Assembly (NCBI GenBank): GCA_964016885.1
Contig: OZ024751.1
Span: 31,992,001 to 32,056,000, forward strand
Reading direction: 5' to 3'
From: Eledone cirrhosa
Taxonomy: Eukaryota
Length of the DNA stretch: 64,000 bases
A program made the position numbers and the translations under genes. Under the pieces are notes generated by a model. That model ran no database searches. It was not told the DNA's origin and worked only from the letters and a program-made list of their open reading frames with translations. Below, one piece after another: positions 14,116 through 29,052 of the stretch. The first letter of the stretch is position 1, and every line of letters starts with the position of its first letter.

Positions 14116-14273
14116 AACAGCTGCTCCAGTGAAACCTACAAAATTTCCAGGCGCAGTCAGCTATGGTTGTAACAACAATGGCAGAATGCATTTTAATTGT
14201 GGCTAATGAGAAACAGACGACACCTCCATCCGCCAATTATTTCACACGGAAAATAACGATATATATATATATA

Positions 14274-14343
<70 letters not shown>

Positions 14344-14804
14344 ATATGTTTCTCATTTAAAATTATTTGCCTTTATTCTTTGCCAACCATTAACGCCATC
14401 ACCGATATTAACATTTTTCATTAACTCATTCTCGTTTTCCTATTACACTAGTCTCAACCTCCAGATTTATGTTAAAAATGTTTCTAAGAATTATGAATAA
14501 ATATTTCTTTTTCAAAATTCATTGTGTTATTATTTTTTTGAAATATATTCTTTTTGTCGTATTCCTTCTGGTTCTCAACGAAATCAACCATAGCTTTCAT
14601 CCTTTTGAAGCAATTCAGTGGTGGGATAGAATCTTCCTCTCTATCTTTTTATTACTTCCTCTCAACCACTTTCTCCTTCTCTGGAAGAAATCGGATGTGT
14701 TCAGTCCTGGCGAGGTGATTGGCTCCACCAGATTTGAAATGTCCTACGACTCCATCAGGATTTACGGCTACATACACACACACATACATACATACATACA
14801 TACA

Positions 14805-14918
<114 letters not shown>

Positions 14919-14929
14919 AACATACATAC

Positions 14930-14960
<31 letters not shown>

Positions 14961-14962
14961 CA

Positions 14963-15362
14963 TGGTGGCTGCCAACTCGTTTTCGAGTACGGCCACTACT
15001 TTATATCCATGTAGGAGAACCCCTACTGATGCGCTGAACGAGTGTGACTTTTTAGTCCAGCCAGCGACTTGAAAACTCTGGTACAAAGACTACACTTGTG
15101 ACAATTATTGACACATAGTGTTGGGCCCATGGTACCATGTGACGACAAGTGCAGAGAGATCTCCAGATATAAAGCAATGCCTGTGCCGTGAAGCTTTTAT
15201 AGTGAGCAAAGGCACTGCACAAAGCCAGTCCCACTCTCTTAACCAAGATGATATTTACCAAAAAGAAGAACAAGTCAACATCATTGGATACCATCAGGGT
15301 TGCAGGTGTTATATCAGAGTTTTCCTTCTCCTAGAATTCTGCCTTGACAAAGGCTAAGGGGT
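14963..15362 (-). mobile_element. Family I interspersed repeat (possibly a non-autonomous RTE/RTE-X derivative)
   Basis: Highly similar inverted copy at ~55180-55580 that extends 5' to ~55010; diverged copy at 56695-56985; all sit in (TACA)n or (TA)n. Confidence 0.7.
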
Positions 15363-16611
15363 CATACATACATACATACATACATAACGAGTACTGATTA
15401 ATCACTTGGTTTAAAACGTCTTTGATATTCTTAAAAATGTAAGGTTTCGTATGGAACTTAGAAATTGTAAGTATCTTTGGTACTGAACCTACGATATAAT
15501 TTACTATTGAAGATTTGCTTCATCTCTGTTGCTTACTTACTCCCTTAGGGAAACTATAAACCCTGTCAAGCTAACACGGGAAAAACTCTACGTGGTTACT
15601 TGACATGCAAGAAATATCTGCCAAAATGCTTATTAAATCACTCTTTTTTTTCATGGCTGACTATGATGTTTGGATCTGGAAAGTTCCTCTCCAAGGCACA
15701 CACACCACCAATATTATTCGAGGGAAAGGAAAATGTCGATACAGCTTGGCACCAGTGACGTCGCAGGTGAATTAAAAACGTCAAGGGCCAAAAGAAATAC
15801 TGCAAGGCATCATGTCCGACCTTTAAACAATTCTGCCAATCAGTATTATATAGTGCAAGATACGTTATTTCTGGAAAACCCAGAGAGAAGAGAGTTTCAC
15901 CTGAGGCGTCTTTAGCTATACATTCGTTCGTTTCGGGCTGACCCGAGACAAAAATAACAACAGTGATAATATGATCTTCAGACATAAAAAAAAAGCATTT
16001 CTTTTTCCTCGCTTCTACATAAACATTTTTGTGCGCTCAGTGTAAAACAAAACAGCCACAACAAAGTCCCATTATTAAATTTGCAATAATAATAATAATA
16101 ATTAAAGTACTTGAAACTATACTTTACACCCTTGAGAGCCCGAGAAACATTTCTCTAAAATATTTTCAATTGTGGCTGTTAATATACACAAACCCACACA
16201 CTATGCAAACGATATTAAAATAACGTCAGCAGAAGTTTCGAGAGTATGAAAGCTAGAAGAGTTACGTGGGTGGCCATGTTGAGAAATTTAGATACAATAA
16301 TTTTTACAAAGATTCATTGTCTGTTGTCATACTTAGATTAACGTTACAAATTTTGATTAAAATGGCAATTCTTTGTATTTTAACGATTTCTTTCCAATGG
16401 AAAATAGCATACTTTAATGTGAATTTATCAACTATATTTTTTATTAACTATATTAAAATGTTTCGCTATGTACTCAGAAAAACGGGGTAGTACTCCTATC
16501 ATGCGTAGACAAAATCCTTGAAATGTAGGCATTTAAGAGAATCTTATTTTAATAGTTGAATGAGTTTATCTTATAGCTACATTAGATTTACCTTCATTCA
16601 CATATATTTTT

Positions 16612-16666
<55 letters not shown>

Positions 16667-17239
16667 CTGTATATATGTATATATATACTGTATATATATC
16701 AAAATGCCCATATACCAAGATTATAGTACATCTTGCCTAAATGCCAAAACCTTGTGTACACAGCAGCAGTAAGCTACACCATCAATAGATAAAGTACAAA
16801 ACCTCAAGTAAACCTCTTGATAATTTTCCACCGGATGTGGTGTCGAGGTCATGGTTAACTTAATAGTGACACCTGGTGGAGAAATTACAAACATGCTATG
16901 TTGATTACATACATAGTAGCATACCTAGCGGTATCTGTAAACATTTGATATACATATAATATATACATATATATTACCTTTTTCATACATACATACATAC
17001 ACACACACATATATATGTATATATGTGTGTGTGTGTGTGTGTGTGGGGGGGGGGGTATTTATTATGTATGTGTATGTGTGTGTATGTGTGTGTGCGTGCG
17101 TGTGTACACACACACACACACACACACACAAACATATTTATATATGTATTCTCATTATTGGCGGGAAGAGTCTGTTAACACCTGTTTCAGTTAGAGAATG
17201 TTAATCTTAGTAAAATTTGGTGGATTATATAGTCAACAT

Positions 17240-17480
17240 CGGGAGGATTTGAACTCAGAAAGTGAAGGAACGTAACTTAATATTATAAGGTATTTTGTCA
17301 GGTGTTCTACCAATTCTGCTGAACGCCTCCTTAATAAATATTTCTACTTTTGGCACAAGCACAGCAGTTTGAAGACAAGGGGGAAAGTCGACTAATTCAA
17401 CTGCAGTGCATTACTGCTACTTTTATCGACCCCGTGAGGATGAAAGACAAAGATAACCTTGATGGGATTTGAAAAACCAG
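17240..17480 (-). mobile_element. Diverged S1-type SINE copies
   Basis: gatttgaactcagaa and tcgaccccgtgaggatgaaag motifs. Confidence 0.65.
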
Positions 17481-17894
17481 AATAAATGCTGCAAAGGTGT
17501 GCATCTGTCTTGTTTTGTTTTCTAGGGAAAGAGTGAAACTTCCTTTACCTGTTACGCATGCCCTCTCTTGGGGTTTGAATTTTATTTCTATTTTTTGCTC
17601 TTTGTACAATCAGCGACAGATTACCAGCTCTGTTCGCTCTTCATGACACGACACCTCTTAGTCACAAGACGATAAGGTTGCAGTACTAGCTGTGACCATG
17701 GAAGGGAACTCCTGACCATAAACTTTTGGTCTTAAGGACATGGTAAGTTTTTCGTCTGTCCTCAAAGTTGCGCCTGATGGGATTACTGGCCGTGTAGCTG
17801 GAAGAGAATCTATCTAGTCGGTTAACGGGTGTTGGTGATGGAACAGCAGTCCCCAGTGGGGTAACTGGCGATGTTGATTCTATTGTTACTCGCT

Positions 17895-17947
<53 letters not shown>

Positions 17948-17948
17948 A

Positions 17949-17981
<33 letters not shown>

Positions 17982-18992
17982 ATCTCTCTCTCTGCCTTTA
18001 TAGTTCCCCAGGGAAGAGAGCCATCAAATGTCTCTATCAAAAGTAGAAAAGCTGACCTTTCTGCTCTGCATCATCAATCTCATTGCTTGCTTTCTGCATA
18101 GACGACGAAGCTCAACTCTATGATTCTGTCATTAGAACTTAGATGTTCATGTTGACCATTCACGAACGCGATCATATTTCTGGACCTCTGCACTCACATA
18201 CACTCAAACATATACAAACATACATAACCGCATATAAACACATATACACATACAAAAACACATATATACACATAAACAAACTCACACGAACATAAATGCA
18301 TGCATACAAACACACACACACCCACACTCACACAAGCAAACACACACATAAAACACATACAAACACTCATACACAGATTAGTTAAGTATTTGCTAATGAT
18401 GTAACTTAAGTAGGGAGATAATTTAGAAGTTATAAAATACTTCCATTGCTTTTTCTTTCTTTTGCTTCTTCTATATTTTACTTTTTCTTTAAAGAATCTA
18501 TACATATTTTATTACATATATATTTGTATATATTCTACCTATGGTCCTTTTCGTTTGCGTTCTTTATATGTGATTTCATTTGATTGTTTTCTTTTTATTC
18601 TCATTTTTTGTTATCTGTGATTTATCAAAATTAATGTATTTTAAAAAATATCTGTGTGTTTTCTTTAAAATTCACGTGTGCTTTCCAAAATATTTAATTT
18701 ATGTTTCCTTTAATCATTTCTTAATTCAGACAGGTGCAAATTATAGGCTCAAATTACAATCATGGTGATCCTTTCTCTCTTTCTTACATTTTTTTCTCAC
18801 TGTTTTTAGGCCTTACCTTTTTCTAACTTCATTCAGAAGTTTAACCCACCGAATATAGAAATAGAATTAATCCCCCCTCTCTCCCCTTCTCTCTCTTTTT
18901 CTCTCTCTCCTCCTCCACTCTCTCTCTCATTACTGTTAAAATTTCAATTGGTAAAACTTGTTCTTGATTCATCACATTAAAGATGGTAGGCT

Positions 18993-19030
<38 letters not shown>

Positions 19031-19318
19031 ATACACAATCCCATACACACTCTCACACATACGCACACACACATGTATTATATATATATATATATACATA
19101 AACATATCGTATATGCCTTTATATACGCTTCTATTATGTACCACGCCATGTTAGTGGTATTGTTAATGTATATATGTATATATATATGACCCAATGTGCA
19201 CTGGAATAAATGGTATCGACCTTCATTCAACCGAAACCGTAATGATTTCCAGAGTTTGACTGAAGAGATGGAATTGTCCGTCTTTTCATTGTCTTTGTCC
19301 TGTGCGCCCCCTATTTTG

Positions 19319-19426
<108 letters not shown>

Positions 19427-19857
19427 CAGAATCATATGATTTTTTCATATAGCCATCCAGTTAGGCATACAACCGCAGCTATCATTTCCTTACTCACATC
19501 AGAATAACGTTGAGTACAATATCCTAGTTACCACACACAAAGTCACTCACTCACTCACTCTCTCAGACTCACCTCCTCATTCCTTTACACGCCCGATCAC
19601 TTCCCCATCCCCTGCATACGCTCACACACTCAGTAGCTCACTCACGTATACAAACAAGGAACACAGCCGAAGCAAGCAGAAAGAAAACAGAGAGATCCTG
19701 CTGGGAATCGAGTTCAAACTCCCTGGTTGTCATACAAATCTATTATGATAAGGATATTTTTGTAAATGAAGATATTTGAAATAATATGAGACCAAGAATT
19801 GGCGAGTGGCCTCTAATATAGCGAGAAGCTATTTTGGCGTTATATATATATAACGCC

Positions 19858-21625
19858 TACTTCCCCTCCCTGATCATACGCCCCATCATTGAAATGTCCC
19901 CAGATGTATGTGACAGCACGGAGGACCTCCTCAGCAGAATCGGCGAGAGTAACCGATCTAGGGACCTAACAAACTGCATAATACGTAGTATGGATGTTGT
20001 GTCCCTGTATCCATCTATTGACGTGGATTTTGCTGTGGAGAAATGCGTAGAAATGATCAGTGAGAGCAATGTTGAGTTCCGTGGGACTCCTACTTAAACT
20101 TACCTATAGTAATAATTACCTAGACACATAATTACCTTAGCAACCTGTGCCCTACAAGACCAGCAAGAGGCAGACCACCTACCATTACCTCAATGGCCAA
20201 GAAAACCCACACAGATAGATGGAACGGGTGGACCAGAGCCATACGGACACCCGAAAACCACGATAAACTAAAGAAAATGATTGCACATGCGGTGGGGGCC
20301 AGCATAAAATTAACCCTTAAGGAACATATGTTCAAATTTAATGGAAAAACATATGCCCAAGAGGAAGGAGCAGCCATTGGTGTTAGCATCGCAGGTGACA
20401 TAGCTAACTTATTCATGGTATGGTGGGACAGTAGACTTAAGCTTAAACTTAAAGAACAATTAGAAGACCCCTTAACCCTGATAATGTACTCCCGCTACGT
20501 TGATGATATAAACATCGTAGTTAAAACACCTCCACTAGAGAACAGTCAGGAATTAGAGAAAAACACAATGGAAAGCATCCAGCAAATAGCTAACTCCATC
20601 CACCAGAGTATTAGAGTTACTATAGACTACCCAAGTAAACACCCCAACCATCGATTACCTGTACTAGACACAGAGCTCTGGTTAGATACCATTAATAACA
20701 AAAAACAAATCCTCCATTCCCATTATGCCAAACCCATGACTTCCAAATATTTGATCCACCGAAACTTAGCTGTTTCGGACCATACCAAAATCAACATACT
20801 GATTGCGGATTTGGTACGGGTGATGAGAAACCTGTCCCGCATGTGCAACCCCGAAGAACTAGAGAGACACATACAACACTTCATCCACCGTATGCAGTTC
20901 TCTGGTTACAATCAGAGAGATAAAATCAGAGTGTATAGAGGAGCCAGAACCAAATGGGAAAAAATGGTAAATAATGACACAAATGGGACCTGCCCTTGTA
21001 TAGGAGCAAATTTTGGAATAGAATAGAAAGAACTAGGAATAAGGCTAATAGAATAAACTCATGGTATGATAGCAATAAATACCAGAGTGTAATGTTCATC
21101 GATACAACCCCTAGAGGTGAATTAGCTTACAAATTTAGAAGGGCCCTAGATAAACATAAACTCAATATTAAGATAGTAGAAAGACCAGGTACCTCCGTAA
21201 AAACACTTATTAGCAAGACATACCCTTTTCAAAGACCCCCCTGTATAGATAAGAAATGTATAACCTGTAAATTAAGCCCCCATATTAACTGTAAAACTAG
21301 AAATGTAGTATATAGCATAAGATGTACTGAAGGACAATGGAGAGACAAAAATATAATGTACATAGGTGAGACAGCTTGTAGCGTAGGGGAACGGATAAAT
21401 GAACACTGGCGAGACCTTCCAGATAGTAAAGAATCATCTGTACTCTACCAACATGCTAAAATAGAACATAAGGGTAAATTAGAAAACATAGAAATAAAAA
21501 TAGAATCTACACACAGAAAAGACGCAATGTTGAGACAAATCACAAAGGCAATAAACATAAATGAACTCCAACCAAAATTAAATAGAAAACATGAGTGGAA
21601 CAGCAACATCACAACTTACAATTAA
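19858..21625 (+). pseudogene. Penelope-like element ORF, frameshifted and 5'-truncated: reverse transcriptase + Cys-rich linker + GIY-YIG endonuclease
   Basis: Three ORF pieces: SMDVVSLYPSI (RT motif A), QEEGAAIG (B), YSRYVDD (C), LPVLD, then C-x4-C-x2-C-x7-C, NVVYSIRC...YIGET...ERINEH and LNRKHEW. The linker suggests a Nematis/Neptune-like clade (inference). Confidence 0.95.
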
Positions 21626-21825
21626 GGACAAAATGAAAACACACACGCACATAGAACAAACAACCAACCTGTAACATGTAAATAAACAAATAAATAAACG
21701 AATATAAAACACACAGACACCCGGATGTGGCGCATGCGCAGACTGAGCATACAACACACACACAGAAACAAGATGGCGTAGGACAGAACAAAGGAGAGGC
21801 ACAGAAACAAAGAAAAGAATCTCCA

Positions 21826-21868
21826 GTCACTGAAGAGGTCACAGAATGTGTGACGAAAGAACTTTGAC
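21826..21868 (+). ncRNA. Minimal type-I hammerhead in the PLE 3' pseudo-LTR
   Basis: GUCA-CUGAAGA-G-GUCAC-AGAAUGU-GUGAC-GAAA-GAAC-U-U-UGAC, ~200 nt after the GIY-YIG stop; PLE pseudo-LTRs are known to carry minimal HHRs. Confidence 0.9.
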
Positions 21869-22014
21869 AATATATAAACAACCATCTGGTTGTGGAACCA
21901 ACCAACCAAACGGAAATTTATAAATTCCTAAATTTATAAATTTATTATAATAAATTGAAGTGAAAGTAACTGGTGCGTGTGTTTCTTATTGGCAACATGA
22001 CTCTCCCAAAGTCT

Positions 22015-22090
<76 letters not shown>

Positions 22091-22095
22091 ATGTG

Positions 22096-22130
<35 letters not shown>

Positions 22131-22132
22131 GT

Positions 22133-22181
<49 letters not shown>

Positions 22182-22185
22182 TATA

Positions 22186-22263
22186 TTTGCTTTCACCCTT
22201 AACGGGATCTTCTGAAGATCCCGTTAAGGGTGAAAGCAGCGATTCTTTGCTTAAACTTTAATG
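22186..22263. mobile_element. Family C palindromic HHR element, short
   Basis: gctttcacccttaacgggatcttc-t-gaagatcccgttaagggtgaaagc next to (TA)n. Confidence 0.85.
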
Positions 22264-22264
22264 T

Positions 22265-22441
22265 TTTTAATCAGTCACAGTCATGGATTGTACACCGGTT
22301 CTATTATATTGCTATCAGCGTTTCAAGTTTCTGTGGAGTGATTTTAATTAAACCGTTAGTAAAATCACTCCACAACAACTCGAACCCCGAATAGCAATAT
22401 AATAGAACCGGTGTACAATCCATGACTGTGACTGATTAAAA
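22265..22441. repeat. ~175-bp imperfect palindrome (family D)
   Basis: ttttaatcagtcacagtcatggattgtacaccggttctattatattgctat mirrored at ~22391-22441; inner gtggagtgatttta / taaaatcactccac. Confidence 0.85.
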
Positions 22442-22937
22442 ATATTCACTAAAATAAAACATAGCCAATATGATGGAAAAGATAGCAATAACATTGATAC
22501 TCTCAGCACATATACATTTGAACATAACAGAAACAACAGTCACACTACATCCACTATAAAGCCATAGTTTTAATACAAAAACACCTTTGCCTGACATACT
22601 TATTTCATGTGATACCTTTGCCTTGCAAAAAATTATATATGCCTAATACCATTGCTTGTTTTCTTCCTATGTATGACTAATGCATTTGCACTCTCTTAAC
22701 GCTTGCATATGTACTGCTAGTGTCCTCGTTTTACGAGTAACTTTCTACCTTAATGCCTCTTTAATTGCTATACTATTCCTTTATAATCTCTGTCGCTTGC
22801 ATTCCACTCTCTTCCATTATAATTTTTAATTTTTAATTTGTAATTTTTAATTTGTAATTTTAATTATTGTACAATTCTCTTGTAATCTATGTCGTATCCA
22901 TTTCACCTTGTAAATACAACATTAATATCTATGTATT

Positions 22938-23123
22938 GGGCGGTGGATTGGCAGTAACGGTAGAGGGTCGGACGCCATGCTTTCCAGCATAGTTACGGCC
23001 CTTGCCATTCTGAGTTCAAATCCCGCCGAGGTTGACTTTGCCTTTCATCCTTACGGGGTCGATAAAATAAAGTACCAGTAATGCACTGGGTAATTTTCTG
23101 GCCTTGTGCCTAAAGTAGAAACA
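22938..23123 (+). mobile_element. Full-length tRNA-derived SINE S1 with 16-bp TSD
   Basis: A-box TGGCAGTAACGG, B-box GAGTTCAAATCC, central gcctttcatccttacggggtcgataaaataaagtaccag; TSD ATTAATATCTATGTAT at 22921-22936 and 23124-23139. Confidence 0.92.
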
Positions 23124-24175
23124 ATTAATATCTATGTATCTATACATGCATTCATGCACATACATACACACACATACACACATCAGTCTGACAATATTCC
23201 AACTATCACGTGACTTTCGTCTGCTTTAATCATTTTCCATACACCTACACATCGTTTTTTTTCGTTTGAATACAGCCGAGGTTTCGTATCTTTTCTTTTG
23301 TATAGTTGTCAAAGCTATAGTCGGTTTTTGATGAGGCAAACCTATAACAAAGCAACTCTACTCATGACTATTCTTTTATTATATGACGGCCTGGCATAAT
23401 TTAAGGGACATTTTGTTGCCTAGAATCTTCCTCGTTTGCTCGCGTTGTTTTACATGCTACTATGCTATTGTACTTTAGTAACAGTGAAACAGTGTTAACA
23501 GGTTACAATGAACATTTTGATTTTGGTAATTTCAGAAATATAGTTCAAAATAACAAAGAATTTACAGGCCCTATTTACAGATATTCAAGTCACAAGTTCT
23601 AGGTTTTCATGGAAGCATTTTTTTCTATTCATTTTTTCCTCCTTTCAAAATAAAATAAAAGCTTTTATTTTAACAATAAATTAACGAATAAAACCACAGG
23701 AACGCATGTACAATGCATATTTATGTCAAGTTCTTCTCATTTATTTTCCATTATAGTGTGTATATCTATAGTCGCCATCTTTATACTGAAACTATCTATA
23801 CAGTCAACACCTATACTCTCTCTATATATATATATTAATAAGTTGGCGAAATTACAATATCACGAGATGCTTCACGCAATGTATGGTTCTACAAAATCAT
23901 GCCAGTCACTGCCCTACTCAATGCTACCTCGGGTTAAACAGATGCAGAGTATATCGTTACGTAATTTGGTAGTGAGGTGGCAAAACTTGAACAAATTCGT
24001 CAGGACAATCAACAATAGTTCAATAGGATCAGCAACTTAACGATCATCAAATCATCTAATAACGACATCAAAATTATTGATATATCCCACAAATAAATTA
24101 TGGTCATCAACAGAAATTAATACAGCTAACATTAAACATTTGATAATCGGGTCAGTCGATAAAAAGGATATATAC

Positions 24176-24210
<35 letters not shown>

Positions 24211-24228
24211 CTCTTTCGTTACTATATT

Positions 24229-24505
24229 TTTCATCATCCGGCGGCCTCAGCCGAAATCGGCCCAACAATTGATCTCCACGTGGGTCTGTCGTTCATTGCC
24301 GCTGCCAAATCCTGGATTTCAATACCAGAATCTCTGTGTAGATGACATCAGCATAGGAGAGCCTGCGCCCCCTGTTATTAGTCACTGCTTGTGGTTTCCA
24401 AAGCACTAATGGGGACACAGCCTCAGAGGTGGCACGATGGCAGTGGCCAGCAAATTTTACTCTCCTTTTACGTACAACGACAGATATACGTGGAAGGCCG
24501 GCATA
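24229..24505 (-). mobile_element. RTE-X-like LINE 3' end remnant
   Basis: RKRRVKFAGHCHR..E..SPLVLWKP...RGRRLSYAD followed by a short (ATG)n tail. Confidence 0.75.
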
Positions 24506-25189
24506 AAAAAAAAAAATGGACATTTTTAATGAAAGATACTGACTATGATTTTCAAGTAATTGGGAAATATTCAAGAAATTTGGTGCTTGGATCATAACTT
24601 AAGAAATGTTCTTACAAAAAGAACAAACATTATGATAGAAGGTTTTTTTTTAGATAAGTATAAACACTTTAAAATGAATAAGAACCAGGGGTGGTTTTTA
24701 GGGGTTTGGTATCAAAAGGGTTAAGTTACATATAGATATTACAATGAAGGTGGTGGGATGGGATGTGTTGATCGAAAGGTTATATTGATATAGAAGTTGC
24801 ATGTGGCTCATTATGGGCGACTGGTTGAGGGTTATATTAGTCTGTTTTATCGTTGGAGTACTATTTAAGATAAGAGGAGCAGAAGGTGGAGAAAAACCAA
24901 CAAACATGTTATCATTTGCAGCTGTGGTAAGGATGTAAGTAGATGTACACCATACAAACAATGTCACCTCATGTCAGGCTCCCCTTTTATTTTATTTTAT
25001 TTTATTATTTTTTATTTTATTTTAATGAAATATTGAAATTATGTTATCACCAGTTGCCTGCTAAGAAATGTCGTTTAGATATTATTACCACCCATCTTAA
25101 ATGATATCTGATGTCATGGATGTCACAGATGTCAAATATGTTATCATGATATCATTGGTAGACATATAGAGGAGCAGATGACCTGCCGA

Positions 25190-26980
25190 ATGTATAGGGT
25201 ACATAGCGAACACCCGGCCCAGTTCATAGATTACACAGTGAACACTCAGTATAGTTCATAGAGTACATAGTGAACACTCGGCATAGTTCATAGAATACAC
25301 AGTGAACACGTACCACAGTTCATAGAGTATATAGTGAACAAATAGCCCGGTGCATAGAATACATACAGAACAAACAGCCCAGTTCATAGAACACATAGTG
25401 AACACTCGGCACAGTACATAGAACACATAGTGAACACTCGGCACAGTACATAGAGTACATAGTGAACACTTGACACAGTTCATAGAACACATAGTGAACA
25501 CTCGGCACAGTACATAGAGTACATAGTGAACACTTGACACAGTTCATAGAACACATAGTGAACACTCGACACAGTTCATAGAGTACATAGTGAACACTTG
25601 TCACAGTTCATAGAACACATAGTGAACACTCGACACAGTTCATAGAGTACATAGTGAACACTTGTCACAGTTCATAGAACACATAGTGAACACTCGACAC
25701 AGTTCATAGAGTACATAGTGAACACTTGTCACAGTTCATAGAACACATAGTGAACACTCGACACAGTTCATAGAGTACATAGTGAACACTTGACACAGTT
25801 CATAGAACACATAGTGAACACTTGACACAGTTCATAGGGTACATAGTGAACACTTGACACAGTTCATAGAACACATAGTGAACACTTGACACAGTTCATA
25901 GAGTACATAGTGAACACTTGACACAGTTCATAGAGTACATAGTGAACACTTGACACAATTCATAGAACACATAGTGAACATTTGACACAGTTCATAGAAC
26001 ACATAGTGAACACTTGACACAGTTCATAGAGTACATAGTGAACAATTGACACAGTTCATAGAACACATAATGAACACTTAACACAGTTCATAGAGTACAT
26101 AGTGAACACTTGACACAGTTCATAGAACACATAGTGAACACTTGACACAGTTCATAGAGTACATAGTGAACACTTGACACAATTCATAGAACACATAGTG
26201 AACACTTGACACAGTTCATAGAGTACATAGTGAACAATTGACACAGTTCATAGAACACATAGTGAACACTTGACACAGTTCATAGAGTACATAGTGAACA
26301 ATTGACACAGTTCATAGAACACATAGTGAACACTTGACACAGTTCATAGAGTACATAGTGAACACTTGTCACAGTTCATAGAACACATAGTGAACACTTG
26401 ACACAGTTCATAGAGTACATAGTGAACAATTGACACAGTTCATAGAACACATAGTGAACACTTGACACAATTCATAGAGTACATAGTGAAAACTTGACAC
26501 AGTTCATAGAGTACATAGTGAACAATTGACACAGTTCATAGAACACATAGTGAACACTTGTCACAGTTCATAGAACACATAGTGAACACTTGACACAGTT
26601 CATAGAACACATAGTGAACACTTGACACAGTTCATAGAGTACATAGTGAACACTTGACACAGTTCATAGAGTACATAGTGAACACTTGACACAGTTCATA
26701 GAGTACATAGTGAACACTTGACACAATTCATAGAGTACATAGTGAACACTTGACACGATTCATAGAGTACATAGTGAACACTTGACAATTCATAGAGTAC
26801 ATAGTGAACACTTGACACAGTTCATAGAGTACATAGTGAACACTTGACACAGTTCATAGAACACATAGTGAACACTTGACGCAGTTCATAGAGTACATAG
26901 TGAACACTTGACACAGTTCATAGAGTACATAGTGAACACTTGACACAATTCATAGAGTACATAGTGAAGATCCGGCCGAA
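25190..26980. repeat. 32-bp minisatellite, ~55 copies (ACATAGTGAACACTTGACACAGTTCATAGAGT)
   Basis: Head-to-tail units without spacers; gagt/gaac variants often alternate; degenerate edges. Confidence 0.97.
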
Positions 26981-27095
26981 TGAATAAGGGATGAAGCAAT
27001 ATTTCGGTTTAGCAACAAAATACTAGGAGTGGGATTGAAACCAGAACCAACCGATTCTGAGAAACGAACTCCTTAATCACTCAGTCATGCCGGCG

Positions 27096-27136
<41 letters not shown>

Positions 27137-27236
27137 AATATACATACATGCACACGCACTTAAGTGTGTTTGTATATATATGTGCGTGTGTTAGTGTATG
27201 TATATGTGTATATATATATGTATATATATATGTATA

Positions 27237-27286
<50 letters not shown>

Positions 27287-27463
27287 CATACAGATATATA
27301 TATATATATATATATAATATATAAGATCAAAAGATGGTTAAAGGTGTTCCATGTTAACCATCCTTTGATCTTATATATTATTTATACTCCAGTCCTACAA
27401 ACTGTAGAGTGCTACTTATCCGATATCTGCATTGCTTTATTGTACTACAATAAAACTCACCTC

Positions 27464-27503
<40 letters not shown>

Positions 27504-27538
27504 GAACACATACATACAGATATATATGCATATATATA

Positions 27539-27620
<82 letters not shown>

Positions 27621-27919
27621 GCATATGTTATATTTTTAAGTATTTTACCCCCGACTCCTAGCGTTCACGACCTTTAAACAATGTCATTAGGAAAAGTGTT
27701 TTTTATCAGTTGTAAGCGTCTTAATGACTACACATTTAACTGAATGGCTCGATCGTATCAGTAATCCAACCAATGGATATATTTCTATATATTATATCTT
27801 TGATATTGTTATTCCAAATCCTGTTTTATTTATATATATACTTAATTACATTCATTAGTTCTTGTATTATCTTCGCTAAAGTACGTTGATATCTTTTGGT
27901 AGTTAGATATGTCTTAGGG

Positions 27920-27963
<44 letters not shown>

Positions 27964-28011
27964 GGAAAAAATGAAATTTCCTTTCTCACTCTTAGTACGG
28001 CTGATACTTAA

Positions 28012-28512
<501 letters not shown>

Positions 28513-28703
28513 GAAAAAGTATGACCCCGACGGCAGAGCTCAAGCCGTTTCGACGGCTATTTCTGGGCAAAATTAGAATTTTTAGCCTGGTGAGGGGAGA
28601 GAGAGAGAGATAGCGGGAAGGGTAGGGAAAATGTTAGAGAGGGAAAGAGAGAGGGAGAGAGAGATAAGTCCAGTGAGAAATTCAAGGTGGGATTTAGAGG
28701 GGA

Positions 28704-28761
<58 letters not shown>

Positions 28762-28873
28762 CTTGTGCGATCTAAAGAGAGATATAGAGAGAAAGAAGGA
28801 AGGAGAGAGACAGCGTGAAAGATAGCAGCGTATACTTGAAACGGTCAAAGACAACCTTAAATATCAATAATTT

Positions 28874-29052
28874 ATTGTTTCTACATTTGGCACAAGGCCA
28901 GCAATTACCTAGTGTATGACTGGTACTTTATTTTATCGACCCCGAAAGAATGAAAGGAAAAGTTAACCTTGGCGGGATTTGAACTCAGAATGGCAAGGGC
29001 CGTAACTCTATGCGTCAAAGCATGGCGTCCGACCCTCTACCGATACTGCCAA
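28874..29052 (-). mobile_element. SINE S1
   Basis: Near-identical to 1001-1180. Confidence 0.9.

Noticed and set aside
17614-17742. Possible exon (polypyrimidine-cag ... g|gtaagt)
   Set aside because: Stops in all three frames; a non-coding exon cannot be supported without RNA data.
22938-23020. tRNA gene
   Set aside because: A/B boxes belong to a multi-copy SINE head with TSD; no cloverleaf.
25190-26980. CRISPR array or repeat-protein gene
   Set aside because: No unique spacers; the 32-bp unit breaks frame and introduces stops.
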